Assembly (NCBI GenBank): GCA_902529515.1 | Contig: CABZWX010000004.1 | Coordinates: forward strand, 8,102 to 72,101 | DNA length: 64,000 bases | Source of the DNA: an uncultured SAR116 cluster alpha proteobacterium | GTDB taxonomy: Bacteria; Pseudomonadota; Alphaproteobacteria; Puniceispirillales; Marisalimonadaceae | Reading direction: 5' to 3' | Part shown: positions 38,993 through 48,951 of the stretch, one piece after another | Layout of the letters: every line of letters starts with the position of its first letter | How positions within the stretch are numbered: position 1 is the stretch's first letter | The notes under the pieces: generated by a model | The model's database searches: none | What the model saw: the letters and a program-made list of their open reading frames with translations, nothing else | What the model was told of the DNA's origin: nothing | Translations under genes and position numbers: made by a program

Positions 38993-40011
38993 GAAGTTAT
39001 TTTTTTAGAAACTTTTGCATTGTCAAAAGTAGACATACCATTGTGTGTAGCTAAAGCTGCTTTTAATATATGTAAAGCTATCGCTGCTCCACTCCCCTCT
39101 CCAAGTCTTAAATTCAAATCTAAAATTGGTTCTTTTTTAAGATTATTTAATATCCTAGCATGACCTGGTTCAGTAGATAAATGAGAAACTAAACAATGAT
39201 CTAAAATATTTTTTTCAAAACTTATTAAAGTAGAGGCTGCAGCTGTAGTTATAAATCCATCCAAAAGTACTGGAATAGACTTTATTCTGGCAGAAATTAC
39301 CGATCCTGCAATAGCTGCAATTTCTTTACCTCCATAACATGACAATATACTAACTGGATCTTTAAATTTTTTTCCGTGCAACTGAAGAGCTTTTTTAATG
39401 ATTTTTATTTTGTTAGATAGTTGGACTTTATTAATACCCGTCCCAATACCTGTCATTACATCAACAGGTTCGTTAAATAGAGCGCAGGAAATCGAAGTTG
39501 CAGATGTCGTGTTTGAAATTCCCATTTCACCTAAAATAAGTAAATCACAGCTAGAAGGGATTGAGTCAAAACCCAATTGCATGAAGGAAAATACTTCTTC
39601 TTCGCTCATAGCTTTGCTTTCAGAAAAATCCATTGTTGGTTTGTTCAAATCTATTGGAATTACTGATAATTTAATTTTTGCTAATTTACACAGTTGATTT
39701 ATTGCAGCTCCACCTTGTTTAAAGTTTTCTACCATTTGAGCGGTTACTTCAGATGGATATGCTGAAACTCCCTTATTTGATATACCGTGATTACCTGCGA
39801 AGATTATACAATGCGGTTTTTTTATAGTTGGTTTAATAGTTTTTTGCCAACCAGCCATCCAAATAGCAATATCCTCTAATTTCCCAAGACTTCCTTCAGG
39901 TTTAGTTAGTTGTTTTTGAAAATCTCTAGCTTTATTAGCAATTACATGATCGAATTGAGGAATTTTAATATTTCCTTTTAAAAATTCTTTAATTTTTTTA
40001 GCCTTAAACAT
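38989..40011 (-). CDS. cobT: Nicotinate-nucleotide-dimethylbenzimidazole phosphoribosyltransferase (start probably ATG 40011)
   Basis: LTKPEGSLG, FAGNHG, GEMGISNTT, LDGF, RLGEGSG. Confidence 0.93.
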   Translation of the reverse strand: MFKAKKIKEFLKGNIKIPQFDHVIANKARDFQKQLTKPEGSLGKLEDIAIWMAGWQKTIKPTIKKPHCIIFAGNHGISNKGVSAYPSEVTAQMVENFKQGGAAINQLCKLAKIKLSVIPIDLNKPTMDFSESKAMSEEEVFSFMQLGFDSIPSSCDLLILGEMGISNTTSATSISCALFNEPVDVMTGIGTGINKVQLSNKIKIIKKALQLHGKKFKDPVSILSCYGGKEIAAIAGSVISARIKSIPVLLDGFITTAAASTLISFEKNILDHCLVSHLSTEPGHARILNNLKKEPILDLNLRLGEGSGAAIALHILKAALATHNGMSTFDNAKVSKKITS

Positions 40012-40068
40012 AAAAAAACTCTTTTTAATCAGAAATAAAACTTTTAACAAACTTCAACATGTTTGAAT

Positions 40069-42825
40069 TTATATTTGATAGATTCTAGCGGCATTATATT
40101 TAAACTCTGGAATTTTCCCAACAGGGTCTAAATCTGAATTTGTCAAAATATTTGCTGCAGCTTCCTTAAAACAAAATGGCAAAAATAACATACCAGGAAG
40201 AAGGTCATTGTCATGTCTAATTTTTATTTTTATCTTTCCTCGCCTTGTTTCAATTGTTACTTCTCGGGTTAAATCAAGATCATAAAACTTACTGTCTATT
40301 TCATTAATGAAAATTATAGGAACTGGCTCAAGTTCATCTAAAACTAATGCTCTTCTTGTCATAGTACCAGTATGCCAATGCTCTAACAATCTACCTGTCG
40401 ATAATATCATTGGAAAGTCACTGCTTATTTTATCATTAGGATAAATTAAATCTACCGGCATAATTTTACCTAACTTATTTGGCGTTGGAAAACCATCGTG
40501 AAATATAATATCCTCACCCAGAATATTCTCACTTTTTACTGGGTAAGTCACATAATTTTCTTTTTCTAACCTTTCCCAAGAGATATAATTTAGAGAAGGC
40601 ATTATTAATTTCATTTCATCAAAGATTTCTTTTGGAGAAGTATAATTCCAATTTAATCCTATTCTTTTAGCAATTTCTTGAATAATCCACCAATCTTGTT
40701 TTACACCTTTTGGAGGTTCTACTACATTTCTTCCTATTTGTACTTGTCTATTAGTATTAGTGTAAGTTCCTAATTTTTCAGCATGAGCAGTTGCTGGCAA
40801 AATTACATCTGCAAACCATGCTGTTTCAGTCATAAAAATATCTTGAACAACTAAATGATCTAACTTTGCTAAACCTTTTCTAGTATGTGTTAAATCTGGA
40901 TCTGACATAGCAGGATTTTCACCTAGGACATACAACCCTTTAATTACACCTGCATCGATATCCTTAATAATTTCTACAACTGTCTTACCATCATTCAGGT
41001 CTAAATTTGAATTCCAAAACTTTTGCATTTTTTGATTATTTGTTTTTATTTTAACAGAATTATAATCTGGATATGACATAGGTATTAGCCCAGCATCAGA
41101 AGCTCCTTGTACATTATTTTGTCCTCTTAAAGGGTGCAAACCAGTACCTGGTTTTCCTAGATGTCCTGTGATCAAAGCTAAATTTATTAATGAAAAAGCA
41201 TTTTGAGTTCCATGCACATGTTGAGAAATACCCATACCCCAAAAGATGATTGATGTTTTTGCCTTTGCATATATTCTTGCAACTTCTTTAATAATTTCTT
41301 TTGGTATTCCACATAAATTTTCCATTAGTACAGGATTAAATTTTTTTATCTCTTTTTCTATTTGTTTGAATCCTTCAGTATGATTTTCTATATATTTTTT
41401 GTTTGTTAAATTTTCTTCAATAATTGTAAAAATCATTGCATTTAACAAAGCTAAATCCTGACCTGGGTTAAATTGCAAATGATGTGTCGCGTATCTTGAT
41501 AGGCTTTGCTTTCTTGGATCTAAAATAATTAATTTTGTCCCATTTTTGACTGCTTGTTTAAAATATGAAGCCGCAACAGGATGATTTTGTTCAGGTCTTG
41601 CTCCTATTAAAATTATACACTCGCTATCTTTTACAGCTGTAAATGGGGCTGACACAGCTGCTGAACCAACTGATTGTAACAATGCAGCTACAGACGATGC
41701 ATGACAAAGTCGCGTACAATGATCTACATTATTTGTCTTAAAACCAGTCCTTATCAATTTTTGAAATATATATGCTTCTTCATTCGAACCTTTTGCTGAT
41801 CCAAAACCTGCTAAAGAACTTTTATCATTATTTTTTAAAATTTTAGTAAATCGATTAGAAGCAAAATCCAAAGCTTCTTGCCATGAAGCTTTTCTAAAAT
41901 ATTTATATATATCTTTGTCATCAATTGATATGTCCCAAGATTTTGTTTTTTGGCTAATTCTAATTAGTGGGGTGGTTAATCTTTGTGGACTATTTATATA
42001 ATCGAAGCCAAAACGTCCTTTAACACATAGTCTATTTTCATTAGCAGGTCCATTTTCACCATTTACAGTTAAAATTTTATTATCCTTTACACTTACTAAG
42101 GTCTGGCAACCAACACCACAAAAGGGACATAAACTCTTTATTTTTTTTTCAGGAAAAATTGTCTGATCATTATTTTTATCTAATAAAGAAGTTTCAATAA
42201 GAGCGCCAGTTGGACAAGCTTGGACGCATTCACCACAACCAACACAACTGCTTTCACCCATAGGATTATTCATGTCAAAAACAGGATAGCTGTCAGCTCC
42301 CCTTCCAGACATTCCTAGCACATCATTTACCTGAACATCTCTACATGCTCTAATGCATAGTCCACATTGTATGCAGGCATCCAATGAAACAGTCATTGCA
42401 GGGTGACTTTGATCTATGTTTGGAACATAGTCCTTATTTTTTGGTAAAAATCTAGAATTATTAATCTTTTTTTTATGGAGTATATTCCAAAAATGATTTC
42501 TCTGAAAGTTTTTATCTTTTATTTTAGGTTGATCTGATAAGAGTAATTCTAAAATTAATTTTTGAGAATTTTCAACTTTAGAAGTGTTAGTAGAAACTTT
42601 CATTCCCTCTTTTGGTTTTCTTATACAAGAAGCTGCTAATGTTTTTTCTCCTTGAATCTCTACAACACATGCCCTGCAATTACCATCCGGTTTATAGCCA
42701 TTTTTATTACTGTGGCAAAGATGAGGAATATCTATTCCTTCTCTTTTAGAGACATCCCAAATTGTTTCATTATTATTAGCTTCAACTTTTTTAGTATTAA
42801 GAAAAAATGAAATTTTATTATTCAT
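40069..42825 (-). CDS. Formate dehydrogenase alpha subunit (Mo/W-bis-PGD, Cys ligand)
   Basis: IPHLC/GNCRAC, CIQCGLC/CVGCGEC, CPFCGVGC, CTRLCHASS, LRGQNNVQG. Confidence 0.92.
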   Translation of the reverse strand: MNNKISFFLNTKKVEANNNETIWDVSKREGIDIPHLCHSNKNGYKPDGNCRACVVEIQGEKTLAASCIRKPKEGMKVSTNTSKVENSQKLILELLLSDQPKIKDKNFQRNHFWNILHKKKINNSRFLPKNKDYVPNIDQSHPAMTVSLDACIQCGLCIRACRDVQVNDVLGMSGRGADSYPVFDMNNPMGESSCVGCGECVQACPTGALIETSLLDKNNDQTIFPEKKIKSLCPFCGVGCQTLVSVKDNKILTVNGENGPANENRLCVKGRFGFDYINSPQRLTTPLIRISQKTKSWDISIDDKDIYKYFRKASWQEALDFASNRFTKILKNNDKSSLAGFGSAKGSNEEAYIFQKLIRTGFKTNNVDHCTRLCHASSVAALLQSVGSAAVSAPFTAVKDSECIILIGARPEQNHPVAASYFKQAVKNGTKLIILDPRKQSLSRYATHHLQFNPGQDLALLNAMIFTIIEENLTNKKYIENHTEGFKQIEKEIKKFNPVLMENLCGIPKEIIKEVARIYAKAKTSIIFWGMGISQHVHGTQNAFSLINLALITGHLGKPGTGLHPLRGQNNVQGASDAGLIPMSYPDYNSVKIKTNNQKMQKFWNSNLDLNDGKTVVEIIKDIDAGVIKGLYVLGENPAMSDPDLTHTRKGLAKLDHLVVQDIFMTETAWFADVILPATAHAEKLGTYTNTNRQVQIGRNVVEPPKGVKQDWWIIQEIAKRIGLNWNYTSPKEIFDEMKLIMPSLNYISWERLEKENYVTYPVKSENILGEDIIFHDGFPTPNKLGKIMPVDLIYPNDKISSDFPMILSTGRLLEHWHTGTMTRRALVLDELEPVPIIFINEIDSKFYDLDLTREVTIETRRGKIKIKIRHDNDLLPGMLFLPFCFKEAAANILTNSDLDPVGKIPEFKYNAARIYQI

Positions 42826-44470
42826 TTTTTAACTCTTCACTAAAGTAGGAGATACTTGATTTTATAGGATTTGTTGCAGCCTGACCTAAGCCACAAATTG
42901 ATGAGCTTTCCATTACTTCGCATAAATCCTCAAGAAGAGAGAAATCCCAATCTTTTTGTTTCATTATAGTAACAGCCTTTTCACATCCTACTCTGCAAGG
43001 AGTGCATTGACCACAACTTTCAGATTTAAAAAATTCAATCATATTTAAAGCCACATCTCTTATTTTATCTTTATCAGATAAAACCACAACAGCAGCAGAA
43101 CCAATAAATGTGTTATATTCATCAAGAGTACCAAAATCTAATGGAACGTCATTTATAGTTGCAGGTAAAAGACCAGAGGAAGCTCCCCCAGGTTGGTAAG
43201 CTTTAAAATGATGTCCTTCAATCATTCCTCCAGAAGCTTCGATTATATCTAAAATAGTAGAACCAGAAGGAAGTAAATATAAACCTGGATTTTTTACTCT
43301 CCCAGAAACAGAGTAACTTCTTAGTCCTATGCAATTATTTTTGGTAAAGTCTGTAAAAATTTCAGGACCTTCTCTTATTATTCTTGCAACCCAATAAAGA
43401 GTTTCAACATTATGAACTAATGTTGGTTTACCAAAAATACCAGATTGACCAACATAAGGTGGACGATGTCTAGGCAAACCTCTTTTACCTTCTATACTTT
43501 CTATCATTGCACTTTCTTCACCACATATGTAAGCTCCAGCACCTCTTCTTAAATCAATATAATTTAAAGGAATAATCTTTTCATTTTCTAGTTTTATAAT
43601 TTCATCTTTTAAAATTTTTAAGACTGCAGGATATTCATCTCTTATATAAATAAAACATTTTTCAGCATTAATAGAAGTTGCTGCCATCAACATTCCTTCT
43701 AAAAACATGTGAGGTTCTTTTTCAAGATAATATTTATCTTTAAATGTTCCAGGTTCTCCTTCATCACCATTAACTGCTAAATATCTAGGTCCCTTTTCAT
43801 TAGAAACCAGTTTCCATTTTTTTGCTGTTCTAAAACCTGCACCTCCAAGACCTCTTAAATCAGCTTTAATAATATTATCATACCAAATGTCTTTCCGATT
43901 TTTAACTGCTTTAAGTTTCTGATATCCACCTTTATTAATATAATCATAAAAAGACTGATAATTTGGTATAATTGGGCTTATCCATTTCTTTTCAATTGCT
44001 TCAGAAACTTTTTCTAAGTTAGCGTTTTCAACATGAAAATGACCTATCTCTAATGCTGGGGCAAAAGCACAACGTCCCATACAAGGAGCATCAAGAACTC
44101 TAATATCTTGATCTTGAAATTTTTTAATTATTTTATTTTTTAATGTTGTAGATCCATTAATTTGACAAGATAAAGAGTTACATACTCTTATAGTTGTTTT
44201 AGGTGGAGGAATATCTCCTTCTTTAACTATGTCAAAATGAGCATAAAAAGATGCTACTTCATATACCTCAACTTTGCTTAATTTTAAAATTTTAGCTAAA
44301 AGAGCTAAATTTTTTTCTGATAAAAAACCAAAGTAGTCTTGGATTTTATGTAAATGCTCAATTAATAAATCATGTCTTAAATCTAAGGGTGATAAAATTT
44401 TTTCAAGTAAAATTTGATCTTCGGTTGTAGTTTTACTTTTAAAATCTTTAATGAATTTATCTTCTGACAT
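42818..44470 (-). CDS. Formate dehydrogenase beta subunit (NuoE/NuoF-like fusion; FMN, NAD)
   Basis: VCNSLSC, PCMGRC, LRGLGGAGF, DEGEPG, YICGEE, SCGQCTPCR. Confidence 0.9.
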   Translation of the reverse strand: MSEDKFIKDFKSKTTTEDQILLEKILSPLDLRHDLLIEHLHKIQDYFGFLSEKNLALLAKILKLSKVEVYEVASFYAHFDIVKEGDIPPPKTTIRVCNSLSCQINGSTTLKNKIIKKFQDQDIRVLDAPCMGRCAFAPALEIGHFHVENANLEKVSEAIEKKWISPIIPNYQSFYDYINKGGYQKLKAVKNRKDIWYDNIIKADLRGLGGAGFRTAKKWKLVSNEKGPRYLAVNGDEGEPGTFKDKYYLEKEPHMFLEGMLMAATSINAEKCFIYIRDEYPAVLKILKDEIIKLENEKIIPLNYIDLRRGAGAYICGEESAMIESIEGKRGLPRHRPPYVGQSGIFGKPTLVHNVETLYWVARIIREGPEIFTDFTKNNCIGLRSYSVSGRVKNPGLYLLPSGSTILDIIEASGGMIEGHHFKAYQPGGASSGLLPATINDVPLDFGTLDEYNTFIGSAAVVVLSDKDKIRDVALNMIEFFKSESCGQCTPCRVGCEKAVTIMKQKDWDFSLLEDLCEVMESSSICGLGQAATNPIKSSISYFSEELKNE

Positions 44471-44483
44471 TTTAGAACTTTAT

Positions 44484-45116
44484 TTAACTCCGAACACAAT
44501 TATCATAAAATTTTACGATATTTTCCGCTTTTAACTTTACTTCTTCAATCAATATTCCAGGTTTATAAAGATTAGATCCTAGGCCAAAACCATTAATATT
44601 TACTTGTAACCAACTTGCAAATGCTTTTTCACTAATGCCACCTACGGCAATAGAAATAGTATTTTCCGGCAAAACTGCTTGTATTGCTCTAAAATTTTCT
44701 TCTTTTAATAGAGAGGCTGGAAAAAATTTTAATGCATCAGCTCCACTATCCAAAGCGTCAAAACACTCAGTTGCAGTAAAAACTCCTGGTATACTATACA
44801 TATTTAATTCTTTTGTTTTTTTTATAACAAGTGTATTCAAATTTGGAGAAACAACTATTTTTCCTCCAACCTCTTGAACTCTATAAACGTCATATTCTCT
44901 TAAAACTGTTCCAGCTCCAAAAATACCATTTTCACCGTGAAATTTTACCATCCTTTCTATTGTTTCAAAAGGCTGAGGTGAATTAAGGGGTACCTCTATT
45001 ATACTAATACCTGCCTCAATTAGAATATCTGAAACACTTTCAGCCTCCAAAGGTGTTATACCTCTTAATATAGCAATCAAAGGTCTTCTAGATTCAAATA
45101 TGTTGTTTTTATTCAT
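44484..45116 (-). CDS. dgoA: 2-dehydro-3-deoxy-6-phosphogalactonate aldolase
   Basis: IAILRG, EVPLNSP, GAGTV, LKFFPA. Confidence 0.88.
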   Translation of the reverse strand: MNKNNIFESRRPLIAILRGITPLEAESVSDILIEAGISIIEVPLNSPQPFETIERMVKFHGENGIFGAGTVLREYDVYRVQEVGGKIVVSPNLNTLVIKKTKELNMYSIPGVFTATECFDALDSGADALKFFPASLLKEENFRAIQAVLPENTISIAVGGISEKAFASWLQVNINGFGLGSNLYKPGILIEEVKLKAENIVKFYDNCVRS

Positions 45117-46011
45117 GTTTTAAACTTATTGAAATTTTTTTAAAATTTTTCAGCCCCTTTAATACCATATCACTTGATAAGAATTTTTTGATAGACTTGA
45201 CCTTTTTATTTAATACGAATTGATACATTTCTGTCAAATCTGGATTACCTATCAAAACTATGTCGTTATTTTCCCAAAACTCCACACTGCCTAGCAATTC
45301 AATAGCTAACAAATATCCAGATAATCTGGATTTATAAATTGTAGGACCTTTGGAGTTAATTAGATCATCCGCTCTTAGCTGAAATAACGCATTACTAAAT
45401 AATTCTGGTTTTTGAAGAATTTTATCAACTGACTTGAGCAGTTCCATCTTATCAATTTTTTCTGCCTCAACACTGTGTATTAATACTGAATTTTTAGAAA
45501 TTATTTCAAATAATTCACCTGTCATAAAAGTTTTAAATTTTATAATATTATTATTTCTTATTTCCACCCATTTACTATGTGTTCCTGGTAAACAAATAGA
45601 ACCATTGAAATTTAGGGTTTCATTCAAAAATCCAGCAATTTGAGTTTCTTCACCACGCATAACATCTGGCTGATGGGTTTGAGATATACCTGAAAAAATT
45701 TTAAGTGAAATTCTATTATCTTTTAAGGTTGGTGTTATGTAGTTTAATTTTTTGAGATTACATGGGGTTTGTTGATATGGAGCCTCTTCCCAACCTTGTT
45801 TGGATCCTACCATACCACTAGCTAAAATTTCTGTGATTTCATCATCATTTAACCATCGATCAATCAAACTGAGCAAAGTCTGTTCAAAAAGATGACTTTT
45901 AACAAATTTCATTCCATCCTTAGTTTCTATAGTGTCAGAAACTTTATTATTTTGGACTAAATAAGCACGAAAAGTACTTGTTCCCCAGTCAACAGCAATC
46001 CATTTTTCCAA
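45109..46011 (-). CDS. dgoK: 2-dehydro-3-deoxygalactonokinase
   Basis: DWGTS, GMVGS, DVMRGEETQ, PGTHSKW, MTGELF. Confidence 0.92.
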   Translation of the reverse strand: MEKWIAVDWGTSTFRAYLVQNNKVSDTIETKDGMKFVKSHLFEQTLLSLIDRWLNDDEITEILASGMVGSKQGWEEAPYQQTPCNLKKLNYITPTLKDNRISLKIFSGISQTHQPDVMRGEETQIAGFLNETLNFNGSICLPGTHSKWVEIRNNNIIKFKTFMTGELFEIISKNSVLIHSVEAEKIDKMELLKSVDKILQKPELFSNALFQLRADDLINSKGPTIYKSRLSGYLLAIELLGSVEFWENNDIVLIGNPDLTEMYQFVLNKKVKSIKKFLSSDMVLKGLKNFKKISISLKHE

Positions 46012-46021
46012 AATATTAACC

Positions 46022-46051
46022 TTTATAATTTAAAATATTTTAAATTATAAA
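46022..46051. repeat. Perfect 30-bp AT-only palindrome upstream of dgoK
   Basis: TTTATAATTTAAAAT/ATTTTAAATTATAAA; all 15 pairs checked by hand. Confidence 0.85.
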
Positions 46052-46182
46052 TTTCTTCATATAAACAAATTTTATTAAAATTAATTTCTTATTAAGAAAT
46101 ATGTGTAAAATAGAAATTAAACTAAACACCTAACTAGAAGGTTGTTAAGGGTAATTTTTAATATAAAAATGATTTTAGAAAA

Positions 46183-46515
46183 CTAAGCTGCTGGATTTGT
46201 GATTTTTATTTCTGAAGAAGTTGCTTCAGCTTCATAATTGTAAACAAAAACGCCAGCAAACTGATTTTCTTTAAAAACAAATGTTTGCTTTAATTCTTTT
46301 ATAAATGCATCAGACTCTGATTCATATTTTTTTAATCTATCAATTGTATCAAATTTAATAAATATTGATAAATCACCTTCTTTTCCAATCATTACATTTA
46401 AAGATTGAAACTTATATTTACTTATTTTTTTTCCTAAATTATCTGCACAAAAAGAAGCTGCAACTTTGGCTTCCGCTACGGTTCCAAATTTATATTGATA
46501 TACCTTTGCAAACAT
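46183..46515 (-). CDS. Hypothetical 110-aa alpha/beta protein
   Basis: Start shares a base with the GAF gene stop (TAATG). Confidence 0.65.
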   Translation of the reverse strand: MFAKVYQYKFGTVAEAKVAASFCADNLGKKISKYKFQSLNVMIGKEGDLSIFIKFDTIDRLKKYESESDAFIKELKQTFVFKENQFAGVFVYNYEAEATSSEIKITNPAA

Positions 46516-47336
46516 TATAGCTCACCTAATTTATCAAGGGCACTGTCTATTAGTGTATTAGCCTCATTACCTTCGACCTTTAATTGATTGTGAACTCTGG
46601 TGAAAATATTCATTTTTTCTTGTAATTCATTCCCTTTATTTGAAAGTTTAACAGTCTCATTTTTAAGTTCACACAAACCATTTTTGATAAGATTGATTGC
46701 ATTTTCTTTAGGCAAGGCAAGACCACTGCAAATATCTATAAAAGTTTTATAATCAGTGATTTGAAATTCAGAATTACTTTCTAGAAAAACATCAATTGAC
46801 TTTGAAATTTTTTGGGATGTTATTTCTTTTTGTTCAGTTTGTGTATCTATTTGAAGAGCTAATCGAGAGACTAATTTTTCAATTAATTCAATTTTCTCTG
46901 GTGACATTTCTTTAGCTTCAGAAAAATTAAGCATGCAAAATGTTCCTAATGCATATCCATCTTTATTCCTAACTGGAAAACCACAATAACTATGACACAT
47001 TCCAGATGTTACAGCTGGATGATATTTAAAAATATCGTGTTTTTTTAAATCAAATACAATTAGTGGATTTTTTTCTAGTAACACATACGAGCAAATGCTA
47101 TCTGATTTGTCATTTTTTTGATGAAGATCTTTCTCCAGGCCAATAGACGAAATACCACACTGGAATTTAGAATCATATAAACTAAAACTTCCTCCCTCGT
47201 ATCCAGATATATCTTTTGCAATTTCCAAATAAATATCGAATAGATGAACTTGGTCTGTACCAATTATACCAGTCTTTTCTGTAGCTTGAGCTCTTCTAGT
47301 TTCATTTATTGGTGTTGGAGCAGGAACCCATTCCAT
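46515..47336 (-). CDS. GAF-domain protein with unassigned C-terminal region
   Basis: PINETRR, SICSYVL, SYCGFPV, LGTFC; GAGGAAG RBS. Confidence 0.75.
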   Translation of the reverse strand: MEWVPAPTPINETRRAQATEKTGIIGTDQVHLFDIYLEIAKDISGYEGGSFSLYDSKFQCGISSIGLEKDLHQKNDKSDSICSYVLLEKNPLIVFDLKKHDIFKYHPAVTSGMCHSYCGFPVRNKDGYALGTFCMLNFSEAKEMSPEKIELIEKLVSRLALQIDTQTEQKEITSQKISKSIDVFLESNSEFQITDYKTFIDICSGLALPKENAINLIKNGLCELKNETVKLSNKGNELQEKMNIFTRVHNQLKVEGNEANTLIDSALDKLGEL

Positions 47337-47389
47337 AATCTTCCTCTTTAAATTATTTTATTAAATATCATTTTATATAAAAAAGATAT

Positions 47390-47418
47390 AAAAAAAAGCA
47401 GCCAATAATAGACTGCTT
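47390..47418 (-). terminator. Intrinsic terminator after the aldehyde dehydrogenase gene
   Basis: AAGCAGTC-TATTATT-GGCTGCTT followed by a T run on the minus strand. Confidence 0.75.
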
Positions 47419-47440
47419 AAATTTTTAATTTTTGATTTAT

Positions 47441-48886
47441 TTATAGACCAGTTTGTGAAACTAATTTTGTAGTCATGTAGGCATCTAAGCCTTCTGGACC
47501 ACCTTCTGATCCATATCCAGAATCTTTAACACCACCAAATGGAGTGTCTACTAACCCTAAACCATGATGGTTAATTGATACCTGGCCACTCTCAATTTTT
47601 TGACCCAGATCTTGAGCGGTTTTTGCAGAATTTGTGTAAGCGTAGGCTGCTAAACCATAATTTAAACGGTTAGATTCTTCTACTACTTCGTCAATTGAAC
47701 TAAATGAATTTATAGGAGCCAGTGGACCAAATGGTTCCTCATTCATAATTCTAGACTCTTTACTCACATTTGTCATAACAGTTGGTTCAAAAAAGTAACC
47801 TTTATTCCCTTTTCTTTTACCACCAGTTAATATTTTTGCTCCGTTTTCAACGGCATCTGCTACAAAATCCTCTATTGCGGTTAGTCTTCTATCATGTGCT
47901 AAAGGTCCCATTTTAACACCCTCTTCAAGACCATTGCCAACATTAAGGGATTCAGCTTGTTTTACAAAACCATCAACAAATTCGTCATAAACTGAGTCAT
48001 GCACCAAAAATCTAGTTGGAGAAATACAAACCTGCCCAGCATTTCTAAACTTATTTGCACTTAATATCTTTACAGCTGTTTTTACATCCGCATCTTCACA
48101 AACAATAGCTGGTGAATGTCCGCCAAGCTCCATAGTAACTCTTTTCATATGTGTTCCTGCTTGGGATGCTAACAATTTACCAACTGCTGTAGAGCCAGTA
48201 AAAGTAACTTTTCTCACGACAGGGTGAGCGATTAAATATTCAGAAATTTCAGCAGGTATTCCATATACTAAATTTATTGAACCTTTTGGCATTCCAGCTT
48301 CGTCAAAAGCTCTAATCAATTCAGCTACACTTGCAGGAGTTTCTTCAGGTCCTTTTACAATCGCGGTACAACCAGCGGCAAAGGCTGCAGCCACTTTTTT
48401 AACAACTTGATTTAAAGGAAAATTCCAAGGAGTAAAAGCTGCAACTACACCAACCGGTTCTTTAAAAACAAATTGGTATACACCCTCTGGAGCTCTTGAA
48501 GGAATTATCCTTCCATATGCTCTTCTTCCCTCTTCTGCATACCAATCAATTGAGTCTGCTGCACCCATTGTTTCCATCTTGGCTTCAATAATAGGTTTAC
48601 CTTGCTCCATAGTCATAAGTGTTGCGATGTGATCCGCCTTACTACGAACTATGTCAGCAGCCTTTCTTAATATCTTTGATCTTTCATAAGCAGAAACATT
48701 TTTCCAACTGTCAAAAGCTTTTTCAGCAGCATGTAGCGCGATATCTAAATCTTCTTTTCTAGCATGTGATACTTTACCAATAACTTCTTCTGTTGCTGGA
48801 TTTATTATTTCAAGACTCTCTTTTGCTACTGGTTCTCTCCATTCTCCATTAAGAAAAAGATGGGTATCTGGATAATTGGTTGACAT
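47441..48886 (-). CDS. NAD-dependent aldehyde dehydrogenase, SSADH/alpha-ketoglutaric semialdehyde dehydrogenase type (start probably ATG 48886)
   Basis: PWNFP, FTGST, MELGG, NAGQVC, EEPFGP; GGGAG RBS before MSTNYP. Confidence 0.9.
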   Translation of the reverse strand: MSTNYPDTHLFLNGEWREPVAKESLEIINPATEEVIGKVSHARKEDLDIALHAAEKAFDSWKNVSAYERSKILRKAADIVRSKADHIATLMTMEQGKPIIEAKMETMGAADSIDWYAEEGRRAYGRIIPSRAPEGVYQFVFKEPVGVVAAFTPWNFPLNQVVKKVAAAFAAGCTAIVKGPEETPASVAELIRAFDEAGMPKGSINLVYGIPAEISEYLIAHPVVRKVTFTGSTAVGKLLASQAGTHMKRVTMELGGHSPAIVCEDADVKTAVKILSANKFRNAGQVCISPTRFLVHDSVYDEFVDGFVKQAESLNVGNGLEEGVKMGPLAHDRRLTAIEDFVADAVENGAKILTGGKRKGNKGYFFEPTVMTNVSKESRIMNEEPFGPLAPINSFSSIDEVVEESNRLNYGLAAYAYTNSAKTAQDLGQKIESGQVSINHHGLGLVDTPFGGVKDSGYGSEGGPEGLDAYMTTKLVSQTGL

Positions 48887-48951
48887 ATAAAAACTCCCTA
48901 ATTTATTTAAATTTATCATTTCAGTTTAAGATTTGAGAAATATTGTTTTAA

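Noticed and set aside
41701-41721. Selenocysteine in formate dehydrogenase
   Set aside because: The ligand codon in RLCH is TGT and the ORF has no in-frame TGA
42818-44470. Complex I nuoEF
   Set aside because: Overlaps the FDH alpha gene and no other nuo genes are present, so it is the FDH diaphorase subunit
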